From contig JAQVDY010000004.1 in NCBI GenBank assembly GCA_028698215.1, positions 481 through 64,480 of the forward strand: a stretch of 64,000 nt of DNA, written 5' to 3'. This document shows, piece by piece, positions 1 through 9,766 of the stretch (position 1 is its first letter; the number at the start of each line of letters is the position of its first letter). The notes under the pieces are model-generated. The model saw only the letters and a list, made by a program, of their open reading frames with translations, did no database searches and had not been told where the DNA came from. A program made the translations under genes and the position numbers. Origin of the DNA: Actinomycetota bacterium (lineage in GTDB: Bacteria; Actinomycetota; Humimicrobiia; Humimicrobiales; Humimicrobiaceae).

Positions 1-1
1 C

Positions 2-337
2 TGCAATAATCAGACATTTATTGCTGATGCCCCCATTATCATAGTAGCTTGTGCCAATGAAAAGGAGGCATACGGGGTTATGGGAGGCTATATGAGCAGT
101 TTTTCTATAGATGTAGCCATAGCATTGGAACATCTGATGCTGGCAGCCGCAGAAATAGGTTTGGGGACCTGCTGGATTGGATCATTTAAGGAAAAACTGG
201 TAAAGGATCTTATGGGTATTCCAGATAATATAAGGGTAGTAGCTCTAACTCCATTAGGCTATCCTTCCAGGGAACCAGGAGAAAGGGGAAGGAAACCACT
301 GTCTGAGATTGTATGTTTTGACCGTTATATAGAATAA
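2..337 (+). CDS. Nitroreductase family protein (5'-partial; frame is open from the window edge)
   Basis: Frame 2 reads CNNQTFIADAPIIIVAC...IDVAIALEHLMLAAAEIGLGTCWIG...LGYP, the C-terminal nitroreductase signature. Confidence 0.88.
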   Translation, partial: CNNQTFIADAPIIIVACANEKEAYGVMGGYMSSFSIDVAIALEHLMLAAAEIGLGTCWIGSFKEKLVKDLMGIPDNIRVVALTPLGYPSREPGERGRKPLSEIVCFDRYIE

Positions 338-362
338 GACGCTGCCAGCCTGAGGCCAGGTA

Positions 363-2969
363 ATGGAAATAATTGCCACACATATTAGCTCTGATTTTGA
401 TGCTTTTGCTGCACTGGTAGCAGCAAAAAAGATTTATCCTGAGGCTAAAGCCATCCTGCCTACTTCCATTAATCAAAATGTGAGAAAATTTATAGCCCTT
501 CATGAAGAAGAGCTGCTAACCTTGCACGAAATATCTGATATAGACCTTAAAAAGGTAAACCGGATTATAATAGTAGATACCAGGATAGCCTCCAGGATAG
601 GCCAGGCGGCACAGGTCCTTTCAAATCCTGGGGTAAAGGTCATAATATATGACCATCACCAGAAGACCGGCCAGGATATAAGGGGAGACTTTGACTATTC
701 CCAAAACATAGGGTCCACCACCTCCATACTGGTGGAAATATTAAAGAAAAAAAACATACCCATAACTTCCCTAGAGGCTACCTTGTTGGCCTTGGGAATA
801 TATGAAGATACCGGTTCTTTTACTTATCCCAGCACTACTTTTCAGGATATGCAGGCAGCTGCTTATCTGCTAGAAAAGGGAGCCAACATCTATGTTTTAA
901 ACCAATTTCACAATATATCGCTTACTGAAGACCAGCATTACCTGCTAGAAGTTTTAATTGACAACATAGAGAAGATAAAAATAAAGGAAAAGGAAATACT
1001 GCTTTCCTGGGCCAAGGTAGACGATTATGTGGAAGGCCTGTCTGTGCTTACCAGAAAATTATCTCAGATTGAAGACATAAATACGGTCATTTGCTGGGCC
1101 CAGATGAAAGGCAAGGTATATATAGTAGGTAGAAGCTATGATCGGAGCATAGATGTATCGGATATACTCAGTTTTTTAGGCGGCGGCGGCCATCCCCAGG
1201 CGGCTTCTGCAGTAATGGAAGCTGACCAGTTTGGATTGATTAAGGATAAAATAGTTGGAGCTTTAAGCCAACAGATAAAAAGTCCGGTAAGAGCCAGGGA
1301 TGTAATGTCTTATCCCGTAAAATATGTAAATGAAGACCAAACCATCGCTGAGGTAGATAAGATATTGAAAAAATACGGCCATTCGGGTATTCCTATTTTG
1401 GATAGTAATCTTAAGCTGGCTGGAATAATTACCAGAAAAGATATTGATAAGGCCATTAACCATAATCTCTCCCATGCTCCGGTGAAGGGATTTCGTTCAC
1501 ATTCGGTGGTTACAGCCAGTCCTTCCGATACTGTAGAATCTATACAGGATTTAATGATAGATAACGGAATTGGCAGGATACCTATTGTAGAGAAAGATAA
1601 AATGGTGGGAATAATCACCAGAAAAGATATACTAAGATACCTTCACGGCAGGGGTTTTGATCAGAAAGTAAAAATATTAGAAGACTCCATTACAAGATTA
1701 AGCCATCATTTTCCTCCCAGAATTCAAAATATATTAAATGCTATTTCAGCAGAAAGCCGACAGTTAGGCTATAAGGCATACCTGGTGGGAGGAATAGTGA
1801 GGGACATACTGCTGGATATCCCCAATCTGGATATCGATATTGTGGTAGAGGGAGACGGTATAGAGCTGGCCAGCAGGCTTCAGCAAAAAGTGGGGGGAAA
1901 AGTAGAAAGCTACCAAAAATTTAAAACAGCAGTACTGGTATTGGAACCCGGGCTACATATTGATATCGCTACAGCCAGGGTAGAATATTATACCAGTCCT
2001 GCCGCGCTTCCCAGCGTGGAAAGCGGCAGTATCCGCCAGGACCTAAGCCGGAGAGATTTTACCATAAACGCAATGGCTATATCCTTAGAGCAAGATAATT
2101 TCGGAACCTTACTTGATTTTTTCGGGGGCAGGAAAGACCTGGAGCAAAAAAAAGTGAAAGTACTGCATAAGATGAGTTTTATAGAGGATCCCACCCGGAT
2201 ATTCAGGGCAGTCAGGTTTGAACAAAGGCTTGGATTTAAGATAGATCCCCAAACTGAAAAACTAATACTTACAACTATTGATATGGAGATGGTATCACTC
2301 TTGGGGGGAGTAAGAATAAGGGATGAACTGGTAGCCATACTTCAGGAAAAAAATCCCTATAAGCCTATTAAAAGGCTTTATCAATTAGGAGCCTTGGCAA
2401 AAATCGGCTTAAAGCTGTCAGTAGACCATGATTTTAGCCAAGATATAAAGGAGGTTTTAAATTGGTCAGAAAAACTGAAGCCTTATATCGGGCCTGCCAT
2501 AAAAAGATGGCGCCTGCTCTTTATAATGCTCCTAAAGCATGAATCGCTGCCGGTAGTAAGACAATGGTGCCTGGATATGAAAGTTAAAAAAAAGGATATC
2601 CAGGTAATTACCGATACCCTTACAGACTGGAAACAGGCTATTGATCTGCTGGCAGAACCTGTAAGCCAGAATTCTCTACTTTACCGCATTGCAAAAAAAT
2701 ACAGCAGCGAGCTGCTGGTTATTTGCTGTTCCTGGGGTAAAGTATATCAGAATAATGTTATCAAATATCTTTCCCAGTTACAGAATATCAAGCTTGAAAT
2801 TGACGGAACAGCGTTAACTGGATTAGGCCATACGCCTTCTCCCGTATTTAGACTAGTTCTAGACAAGCTTCTGGCCCTAAAACTGGATGGTTTTATCCAT
2901 AATCGAAAAGAAGAGTTAAGTTATGCTAAAAAACTATTTAATATCCATAGCCATAAGGGCCGCACCTAA
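363..2969 (+). CDS. cca: tRNA nucleotidyltransferase (CCA- or A-adding) with N-terminal DHH/DHHA1 and two CBS domains
   Basis: DHH motifs DFD, DHH, EDTGSF and GGGGH; CBS pair; class II NTase motifs GGIVRD, DIDIVV, DLSRRDFTINAMA, EDPTRIFRAVRF. Confidence 0.9.
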   Translation: MEIIATHISSDFDAFAALVAAKKIYPEAKAILPTSINQNVRKFIALHEEELLTLHEISDIDLKKVNRIIIVDTRIASRIGQAAQVLSNPGVKVIIYDHHQKTGQDIRGDFDYSQNIGSTTSILVEILKKKNIPITSLEATLLALGIYEDTGSFTYPSTTFQDMQAAAYLLEKGANIYVLNQFHNISLTEDQHYLLEVLIDNIEKIKIKEKEILLSWAKVDDYVEGLSVLTRKLSQIEDINTVICWAQMKGKVYIVGRSYDRSIDVSDILSFLGGGGHPQAASAVMEADQFGLIKDKIVGALSQQIKSPVRARDVMSYPVKYVNEDQTIAEVDKILKKYGHSGIPILDSNLKLAGIITRKDIDKAINHNLSHAPVKGFRSHSVVTASPSDTVESIQDLMIDNGIGRIPIVEKDKMVGIITRKDILRYLHGRGFDQKVKILEDSITRLSHHFPPRIQNILNAISAESRQLGYKAYLVGGIVRDILLDIPNLDIDIVVEGDGIELASRLQQKVGGKVESYQKFKTAVLVLEPGLHIDIATARVEYYTSPAALPSVESGSIRQDLSRRDFTINAMAISLEQDNFGTLLDFFGGRKDLEQKKVKVLHKMSFIEDPTRIFRAVRFEQRLGFKIDPQTEKLILTTIDMEMVSLLGGVRIRDELVAILQEKNPYKPIKRLYQLGALAKIGLKLSVDHDFSQDIKEVLNWSEKLKPYIGPAIKRWRLLFIMLLKHESLPVVRQWCLDMKVKKKDIQVITDTLTDWKQAIDLLAEPVSQNSLLYRIAKKYSSELLVICCSWGKVYQNNVIKYLSQLQNIKLEIDGTALTGLGHTPSPVFRLVLDKLLALKLDGFIHNRKEELSYAKKLFNIHSHKGRT

Positions 2970-3716
2970 TGCTCCTACTATCTGGGGATCTTCAGGTATA
3001 TAAATAGCAGAATCCAAAGTCTCTTCTAAAGCTTTGACCACTCCGGTATTTTTAGCCACTCCTCCAGTCATGCATACCGGTTCAGAAAAACCAACCCGGT
3101 CAATCATGGTATTTACCCGGTGGGCTATGGAATAAACCAAGCCTTTTATTATTTTATTTTTATCTACTCCGTGCCCAATAAGTGAAACTATTTCTGATTC
3201 AGCAAATACCGTACAGGTAGAGGTTATGTCCACTTTCTCTTTGGTGCTTAGAAATATTTCTCCAAAATGGGTTATATCAATTTCTAAAGCATGGGCCATC
3301 ACCTCTAAAAATCTTCCGGTTCCGGCAGCACATTTATCATTCATCAGGAAATCAAAGGGATTGGAGTTTTCATCCAACCTTATAACTTTGCTGTCTTGGC
3401 CTCCAATATCTATAACCAGCCTGGTCTGGGGGTAGTAATACAAAGCCCCTCTGGCATGGCATGTTATTTCTGTAATGCTTTTATGGGCAAAGTCCACATT
3501 TATTCTTCCATATCCGGTGGCCACTGTCTTATTTATGTCTTCAGGGGTGATACCGGCATTATCAACAGCTTGCTTAAATACCTTGCGGGCTGCGGTCTTG
3601 CTGTTGGAGCCGGTCGGTATAATAGCATAACTTAAAATATGGCAGCTCTCCGGCTTCTTGGTTAAAATTACTGCTTCTGCTGAAACAGAACCTATATCGA
3701 TTCCGCAGGTAATCAT
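2934..3716 (-). CDS. ATP-dependent activase of 2-hydroxyacyl-CoA dehydratase (HgdC/BcrAD-type, ASKHA fold, [4Fe-4S])
   Basis: GIDIGS, ATGYGR, EITCHARG, IDIGGQDSK, NDKCAAGTGRFLE, CTVFAESE, GGVAKN; SD AGGAG upstream. Confidence 0.93.
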   Translation of the reverse strand: MITCGIDIGSVSAEAVILTKKPESCHILSYAIIPTGSNSKTAARKVFKQAVDNAGITPEDINKTVATGYGRINVDFAHKSITEITCHARGALYYYPQTRLVIDIGGQDSKVIRLDENSNPFDFLMNDKCAAGTGRFLEVMAHALEIDITHFGEIFLSTKEKVDITSTCTVFAESEIVSLIGHGVDKNKIIKGLVYSIAHRVNTMIDRVGFSEPVCMTGGVAKNTGVVKALEETLDSAIYIPEDPQIVGALGAALMAMDIK

Positions 3717-4066
3717 TATTTTCTCCTTGCCTTATAGTTACAAAATGCCCTGATTTACAGTATAAAGAAATTCAAATAAATTTAGATAATTCCTGCCAGC
3801 ACCTGGCCGGCCTGTAATGCTGAGATTATCTTGACCAGGCTGCCTTAGGCGGCAGTGCTTCAGGTATCAATTTAATAACCTACCTGCCCTTAAATTTTTA
3901 GCACTGCCTGTCGCCGTGTTTAATAATAGCTAAAAAAAGGCAGATGTAAAAGGTTTTTTCAGCTGCAGGTGCTATTTAAAATCTGGGCTGTTTTAAAAAA
4001 TAGCCATTACCATTTATAATATATATTAAATATTTAATTATTAATAAAGGACATCCATAATTAATC

Positions 4067-5473
4067 ATGGGAAAACAACCGCAAAAGATTGTGCTGGTAT
4101 CAAACCGGGTACCTTATAAGATAGTAAAAAGTAAAGCTGGAATAAAATACAAGAAAAGTGTAGGAGGTTTGGTCACCGCCCTGGATCCCATATTGGCTAA
4201 AAAAGGCGGACTGTGGCTGGGTTGGAACGGCCTGGTAGGAAAGAACAAGTATGCTGAAAAAACAGTGGAAATGGATGAAGGTTATTCAGTAAAGTTTTTA
4301 GGGCTGAGCAAACTTGATGTCAGGGATTTCTATCACGGATTTTCTAACCGTACCATATGGCCACTTTTCCACGGCTTTATATTCCAGAGTTATTTCGATA
4401 TCAACTATTGGAAAGCTTACCAGAGGATAAACAAAAAATTTACTGAAAAGGTATTAGAGGAGGTAGGGGGAGATGAGATAATCTGGATACAGGACTATCA
4501 TCTAATGCTGATGCCCGAGATGCTGAGAAAAGCCCTGCCCCAGGCTAAAATACTTTTCTTTTTACACATACCCTTTCCCTGCAATGAAATATTCAGGGTG
4601 CTTCCCTGGGATAAGCGCATATTGGAAGGGTTGTTAGGAGCAGACCTTTTAGGGTTCCAGACCTCCCGGGATGCCATGAATTTTATGTATAGCTGCAAGC
4701 AGGAATTAAAACTATTTGTAGATTATAAGGGCAAGCGGATAGAGACAGAAAATCAGGAAATACAGATAGATAATTTTCCCATTAGCATAGATTTTAACCA
4801 TTTTGACAGGATAGCCAAGAAAAGCTCCACCCAGCACATGGTAAGGGAATTTAAAAAGGCACATAAGAATGTAAAATTGATAATAAGTGTGGAAAGGCTG
4901 GATTATACCAAAGGCATAAAGGAAAGACTGCATTCTATCAAACGCTTTTTTGAAAAATATCCTGAATACAGGAAAAAAGTAATATTTATACAGATATCGG
5001 TCCCTAGCCGCACCAAGATATTAGAATACAGGCAGTTCAAGCAGGAAATTGACCAATTGGTAGGCAATATAAACGGGGAGTTTGCTGATGAGCTATGGAC
5101 CCCTGTAAATTATATTTATAAAACCATACCCCAGGAAGTGCTGGTTTCTTACTATAAAGCCTCTGATATCTGCTTGGTAACGCCACTAAGGGACGGTATG
5201 AACCTGATAGCCAAAGAATATGTAAGCTGTAAGCCTGATGGCAATGGAGTGCTGGTACTAAGTGAATTTGCAGGCTCAGCAGAAGAAATGAATAAACATT
5301 CCTTAATGGTAAACCCTTATGATTTTGAAGAAGTCGCTGACAGCATTAAAAGCGCTCTAGAGATGGACTCCAGCCAGAAGAGATCCAAGATGCTGGCCTT
5401 AAGAGATATTGTGAAAAGTAATGATGTCTATAACTGGGCCCATAGTTTTTTAAACCATGGCACTAAAAGGTGA
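4067..5473 (+). CDS. otsA: Trehalose-6-phosphate synthase (GT20)
   Basis: VSNRVP, GGLVTAL, WIQDYHL, FLHIPFP, RLDYTKG, DGMNLIAKEY. Confidence 0.92.
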   Translation: MGKQPQKIVLVSNRVPYKIVKSKAGIKYKKSVGGLVTALDPILAKKGGLWLGWNGLVGKNKYAEKTVEMDEGYSVKFLGLSKLDVRDFYHGFSNRTIWPLFHGFIFQSYFDINYWKAYQRINKKFTEKVLEEVGGDEIIWIQDYHLMLMPEMLRKALPQAKILFFLHIPFPCNEIFRVLPWDKRILEGLLGADLLGFQTSRDAMNFMYSCKQELKLFVDYKGKRIETENQEIQIDNFPISIDFNHFDRIAKKSSTQHMVREFKKAHKNVKLIISVERLDYTKGIKERLHSIKRFFEKYPEYRKKVIFIQISVPSRTKILEYRQFKQEIDQLVGNINGEFADELWTPVNYIYKTIPQEVLVSYYKASDICLVTPLRDGMNLIAKEYVSCKPDGNGVLVLSEFAGSAEEMNKHSLMVNPYDFEEVADSIKSALEMDSSQKRSKMLALRDIVKSNDVYNWAHSFLNHGTKR

Positions 5474-6276
5474 TAGCTATCCAGCATTTGTTTGATCGTT
5501 TAGACAGGATAATAATCCAAGCCCAGGCAGCTTCCCATATATGTTTATTTTTAGATTATGACGGTACCTTGGTAGGGATAAAAAAATATCCCTCGGATGC
5601 CCGGCCTTCCATTAAAACCAAAATTATTTTATCCAGATTAATTTCTAGCCGCAGAATTGAGCCGGTGCTGGTTTCCGGAAGGCCTGTATCCCAACTGGAA
5701 AGTTTTTTTGGTGATATTGAAATTGGTCAGCTGGCCATGATAGGAAGCCATGGGGCGGAGATTAGGAAAGCAGGAAAAAAGCCGCATATCCTAGAAATAG
5801 CTAAAAAGCATATCTGTGCTCTTAGTGATCTAAAACAGAATGTTCTTAACATTACCGGTACCAACAGCTGCTTTTATGTGGAAGATAAGGCAGTTTCCCT
5901 GGCCATACATTATCGCAACTGTCCTGCCGGCAGCCTGGATATTTTAGATAAAATAAGGAAAAAATTGCAGGATTATACCAGTAGGCTTCCCCTGGAAATA
6001 ATAGAAGGCAAGAAAGTAATAGAGGTTAAATCAATGGCCATAAACAAGGGCACAGCCATAAAAGAATGGATCCAGTACAGCTGCTCCGGCCAGGATAATT
6101 TGGTCCTATGCATAGGGGACGATGTTACTGATGAGTTTATGTTTGAAGCCAACCGGTACGGTTTAAATATAAAGGTTGCTGCCAAACCAAATATCCAGTC
6201 CGTAGCCCCCTATTACCTTAGGGGGGTAGGGCAGGTCCAGCAGTTCCTGCTCAAATTGATCCCAGCAGTTCCATAA
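5470..6276 (+). CDS. otsB: Trehalose-6-phosphate phosphatase (HAD)
   Basis: FLDYDGTL, VSGR, GSHGAE, NKG, IGDDVTDE; GTGA start/stop overlap with otsA. Confidence 0.92.
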   Translation: MIAIQHLFDRLDRIIIQAQAASHICLFLDYDGTLVGIKKYPSDARPSIKTKIILSRLISSRRIEPVLVSGRPVSQLESFFGDIEIGQLAMIGSHGAEIRKAGKKPHILEIAKKHICALSDLKQNVLNITGTNSCFYVEDKAVSLAIHYRNCPAGSLDILDKIRKKLQDYTSRLPLEIIEGKKVIEVKSMAINKGTAIKEWIQYSCSGQDNLVLCIGDDVTDEFMFEANRYGLNIKVAAKPNIQSVAPYYLRGVGQVQQFLLKLIPAVP

Positions 6277-7519
6277 AACCCTGAATGCGGGTTTGCAGCT
6301 GCCCGGGGGAGTAATTATTCTGATCCACACAATCCCCATCAATTATTAACACCGGAAGCCCTTGGCTTCTAAGGTGGTCCTTAATTAACCTGGCTGCAGC
6401 GTTATTTTGGCGGCATCCCCAATGTGAAAACAGGATAGCCCCATCCATATGGTAATCGGCGGTCAGTTGGGAGATAACCTTCAATCTGTTGTTTATGCTT
6501 CCTCCCAAGTAATGGGAAAGCATTTTAACGGCCAGGCTTCTGAAAGGTGTAGCCGGATCCAGTTGGGGCCAGTATACATGGTTTATTTCCTCGAAAGCTA
6601 CCATGCAGTTACCCTGAGCTAAAAGGGAAAATATTTCATTTTTGTAATAGGGTTTTAAATGAAGCCAAAGCAGTCTCTTTTTAGGGGCAGGATCATCAGC
6701 TTTCCGGCCCAAAAGGCTTAATTCCTTATACATTTTTTTATATAAGGATACTGCTTGCGGTGTGCCGGCCATGCCGTGGAAGGGCAGTATGAAATTAAGC
6801 CCGTTATAGTCGGATGGATACACATTTAGGTTTTTTCTGACCTCATTTACTTTCAAGGCCCAGTATCTGAAGCGGTTGGAGTTTTCAATAGCTGTAGAAA
6901 GGGCATCAAGGTCTACCTTACGGCCCAGCTTGTTACTTATTTTATTACTTATTTGCTCTAACTGGGAGCTGACATAATCTACAGCTTCCGGATTGAAGTG
7001 GTAAGGGATGTCTATTAAATGATAATCTTTTTCCATCTTGAATTTATGGGCATAACCGTAGAAAGATTTCTGAGCTGCATCGCAGGCTAAATTGGTACAT
7101 ATGATAGCCTGCGGCCGGGGAAAAAGATTCAATTCCACCGCTCCCGAAGCGCTGCGGTGAAAAGTGCACAGGTCCGGGGAATACCAATGGCTGTTAGCTT
7201 TTTTTAAGGTATTGGGCGCAATTCCCATTCCTGCCGTAAAGCCGGCCAGGACCTCAGGAAGAAAGGGAACCAGTCCCAATCCATGTAATAATTCATAAGG
7301 CAGGAACAGTGAGCCATAGGCTACCGGAGCACCGTCTCTATAGGCTTTGGACATGGCTTCTATGCTGTAGATATTAAGGTATTTGTCTGATATTGATTTA
7401 AAGGTAGAACCAAACATCATAAGTACCGGCCTTTTGCCGGCAATGGATAAGAATCTTTTAATATAGTTCTGGTTAAGATTGTTTTTTATGGTAGTTTTAA
7501 GTTTATCCCTAACTCCCAT
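6251..7519 (-). CDS. 2-hydroxyacyl-CoA dehydratase family subunit (HgdA/FldB-like)
   Basis: LPYELL..PE, DLC, CTNLACD, HWGCRQ, IDGDC..QLQTRIQGFME C-terminus; adjacent to the partner subunit. Confidence 0.85.
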   Translation of the reverse strand: MGVRDKLKTTIKNNLNQNYIKRFLSIAGKRPVLMMFGSTFKSISDKYLNIYSIEAMSKAYRDGAPVAYGSLFLPYELLHGLGLVPFLPEVLAGFTAGMGIAPNTLKKANSHWYSPDLCTFHRSASGAVELNLFPRPQAIICTNLACDAAQKSFYGYAHKFKMEKDYHLIDIPYHFNPEAVDYVSSQLEQISNKISNKLGRKVDLDALSTAIENSNRFRYWALKVNEVRKNLNVYPSDYNGLNFILPFHGMAGTPQAVSLYKKMYKELSLLGRKADDPAPKKRLLWLHLKPYYKNEIFSLLAQGNCMVAFEEINHVYWPQLDPATPFRSLAVKMLSHYLGGSINNRLKVISQLTADYHMDGAILFSHWGCRQNNAAARLIKDHLRSQGLPVLIIDGDCVDQNNYSPGQLQTRIQGFMELLGSI

Positions 7520-8583
7520 TACAGCATCTCCAAAAAAGCTTCCAGCCGGGTCCTGATTTGCCCTTCAGGAAAATTATTAAACTCAAGTTCCAGGTTGAGT
7601 ATGGGAAGGCCCAGGTTTTGTTTGGCCAAAGGGTAAAAATAAAGGGTGTTGTCGCAGAATTTAAGGCTTACAAATATTATGGCCTGTACCCCAAAATCAT
7701 CTATAGCCTGTTTCAGGCTGTCAACCTTGGTTCCCAAATCAGCCATTCTCATGCATAATGGTTTTTGCAGGTATGCGCTGGCCAGGGCATAAAAAGGCTG
7801 TTGCCGGTAATCGGTTACTTCAAGGTCAAAGTAGCGGCTTAAGGTGCAAACATCATCATAAACCAGTTGGCAGTCCAGGTCTGAAAGGATATTCCACCAC
7901 TGGTCCTGGCTAATAAAATTACCTATCAGCATTATCCTGGGACCTGTACCTGGTTTTTTTACAGTGGCTGGCAGGCCTGCCAAGAAATCTTTCAGCCAAG
8001 GATTAAAAAATTGGGGATGTATGACCGCAGAACCCCTGACCAGCTGATAGTAATGGTTTAGGCTCAGCCGTTGTTCCCGGTAGGCCTGCCTCAGCTGGCG
8101 CAGACCTTTCTTTTTTTCATTTACCACCGCTATAGCTTCACTTAATCTTTTATCGTCTGCTTGGTTGCCAGATATATTTTCCAGCATGTTTAAGAATTTT
8201 TTTAACAGAGTTTGATAAAAAGATATAGAGTCAGCTCCGGCCAGCCGGGGGATATCCAAAAAAAAGGAAGGGAGCTGGGGAAGGTAGGCTTCAATTGCGT
8301 CATAAAGCCTTCTAGAACCGTCGCAGGAATTGGCAATTACTACCCCTTGCAGCCTGTCTGCTTCTAGCAGAAGCTGTGACAGGTTGGCCTTGATATAGGG
8401 ACAAAAGTTTATGGGAAGATAACTGTCTGCACGCCTGGAATCAGGCACCCCATATAAGCGGTAAGGGCTAAATCCTGCAGCTATGATTAATTCTTCCGGG
8501 GTGTAGGTACACATCCAGGCCCATAAATTACGGTCTTTATGGTAAAGATTTTCTGGTATAAGCTCCCGGTAATCATTGCTCAT
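7519..8583 (-). CDS. 2-hydroxyacyl-CoA dehydratase family subunit (HgdB/FldC/BcrC-like)
   Basis: CTYTPEELIIAAG, NFCPYIK, ANSCD, LKFCD, GQIRTRLEAFLE. Confidence 0.85.
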   Translation of the reverse strand: MSNDYRELIPENLYHKDRNLWAWMCTYTPEELIIAAGFSPYRLYGVPDSRRADSYLPINFCPYIKANLSQLLLEADRLQGVVIANSCDGSRRLYDAIEAYLPQLPSFFLDIPRLAGADSISFYQTLLKKFLNMLENISGNQADDKRLSEAIAVVNEKKKGLRQLRQAYREQRLSLNHYYQLVRGSAVIHPQFFNPWLKDFLAGLPATVKKPGTGPRIMLIGNFISQDQWWNILSDLDCQLVYDDVCTLSRYFDLEVTDYRQQPFYALASAYLQKPLCMRMADLGTKVDSLKQAIDDFGVQAIIFVSLKFCDNTLYFYPLAKQNLGLPILNLELEFNNFPEGQIRTRLEAFLEML

Positions 8584-9103
8584 TACTTAATATTATTCCT
8601 TCATTAGTGCTAAATTCTTCATACAAACCTATATGTCCCCAGAAGTCTTCTATATTGCTGCCGTCTATAGTACCCGAGCTTTTACCTTCTATGGTTATTT
8701 TTACCCTGCTGATTTCTTCGAATTGAGTAAGGGTATTGACAATAGAGTACAGGGCCAGTTTTTCAGTTGTAGAGCTATGGGGTATGGAGGTATCAGTCAA
8801 AATATCGCTGGAAAAATCTACTATTGCCAGCTGATCTTTTACCTGGACCTGTATTACCCGGGTACCGGCAGGAAGGGTAGCATAAAGATGGGAGGATTTT
8901 GGGCCATCTACCAGCTGCTCCAGGCTGGCCTGGTATATATTGGGGGAAGGCTTTATGGACCTGGTTTCAGCTGAAAGGTAAAAATCTCCCTCTGACTCCA
9001 CTGCAAAATAGAGGCCTACAGTTTGTGCTGAACATGCGCTCAGCAGCAAGGCCATAAATATTAACGATATGGCCAATAGCCATTTCTTTTTCAATTCAAT
9101 CAC
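8573..9103 (-). CDS. GerMN-domain lipoprotein
   Basis: Signal peptide with lipobox LSAC; LEQLVDGP, LAIVDFS, YSIVNTLTQF..V.I.IEG typical of GerMN. Confidence 0.8.
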   Translation of the reverse strand: MIELKKKWLLAISLIFMALLLSACSAQTVGLYFAVESEGDFYLSAETRSIKPSPNIYQASLEQLVDGPKSSHLYATLPAGTRVIQVQVKDQLAIVDFSSDILTDTSIPHSSTTEKLALYSIVNTLTQFEEISRVKITIEGKSSGTIDGSNIEDFWGHIGLYEEFSTNEGIILSNEQ

Positions 9104-9224
9104 CTGCCCCTGGTATAATTTGGTATAAATATTAATGGAAAAGCATCGGTTTGTATAGGCTGTTATAAATATTTGTTACAAAATTTAGAACCTAAATGTT
9201 ATTATATAATAGCTTGCACATAAT

Positions 9225-9761
9225 ATGTATAAGGTGGTGGTTATGAACAGAAAAGCCTTGATCATAATTGATATGTTAAATGACTTTGTGCGGGATGGAG
9301 CCCCCCTTAAAGTCCCCAGAATTGAAAATATAATAGTCCCCATACAGAGAGAAATAGAGTCGGCCAAGATAAATAGTATCCCTGTAATATATTTATGTGA
9401 CAGCCACTTGCCCCAGGACCCGGAATTTTTAAGGTTTCCGCCCCATGCGGTTCAGAATACGGAGGGAGCCAGGATAATTCCTGAGCTAAAACCCCAGGGC
9501 AGCGATATCATAGTTAAAAAAAGCACCTTTTCAGCTTTTTATCAAACCGAACTTAACCGGGTACTTAAAACCATGAACATAGTCCACCTTATAATTACCG
9601 GTTGTGTTACCAATATATGTGTTTATATGACTGTATTTGAAGCCTTGGTAAGGGGTTATGGAGTGGATGTAGTGGCAGATGCAGTGATAGGTTTAAATGA
9701 CCGGGATCACCGTTATGCCTTAAAACAGATGAAAGATGTATTGAAAGTAAATATTACCTAA
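9225..9761 (+). CDS. pncA: Nicotinamidase / isochorismatase-family cysteine hydrolase
   Basis: IDMLNDF, DSH, PPHA, KK..FSAF, GCVTNICV; directly upstream of pncB. Confidence 0.85.
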   Translation: MYKVVVMNRKALIIIDMLNDFVRDGAPLKVPRIENIIVPIQREIESAKINSIPVIYLCDSHLPQDPEFLRFPPHAVQNTEGARIIPELKPQGSDIIVKKSTFSAFYQTELNRVLKTMNIVHLIITGCVTNICVYMTVFEALVRGYGVDVVADAVIGLNDRDHRYALKQMKDVLKVNIT

Positions 9762-9766
9762 AGGAA

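Noticed and set aside
3800-3830. TPP-riboswitch-like words (ACCTG, TAATGC, CTGAGA)
   Set aside because: Order is wrong for the TPP aptamer and the 5' GGGG stem is absent
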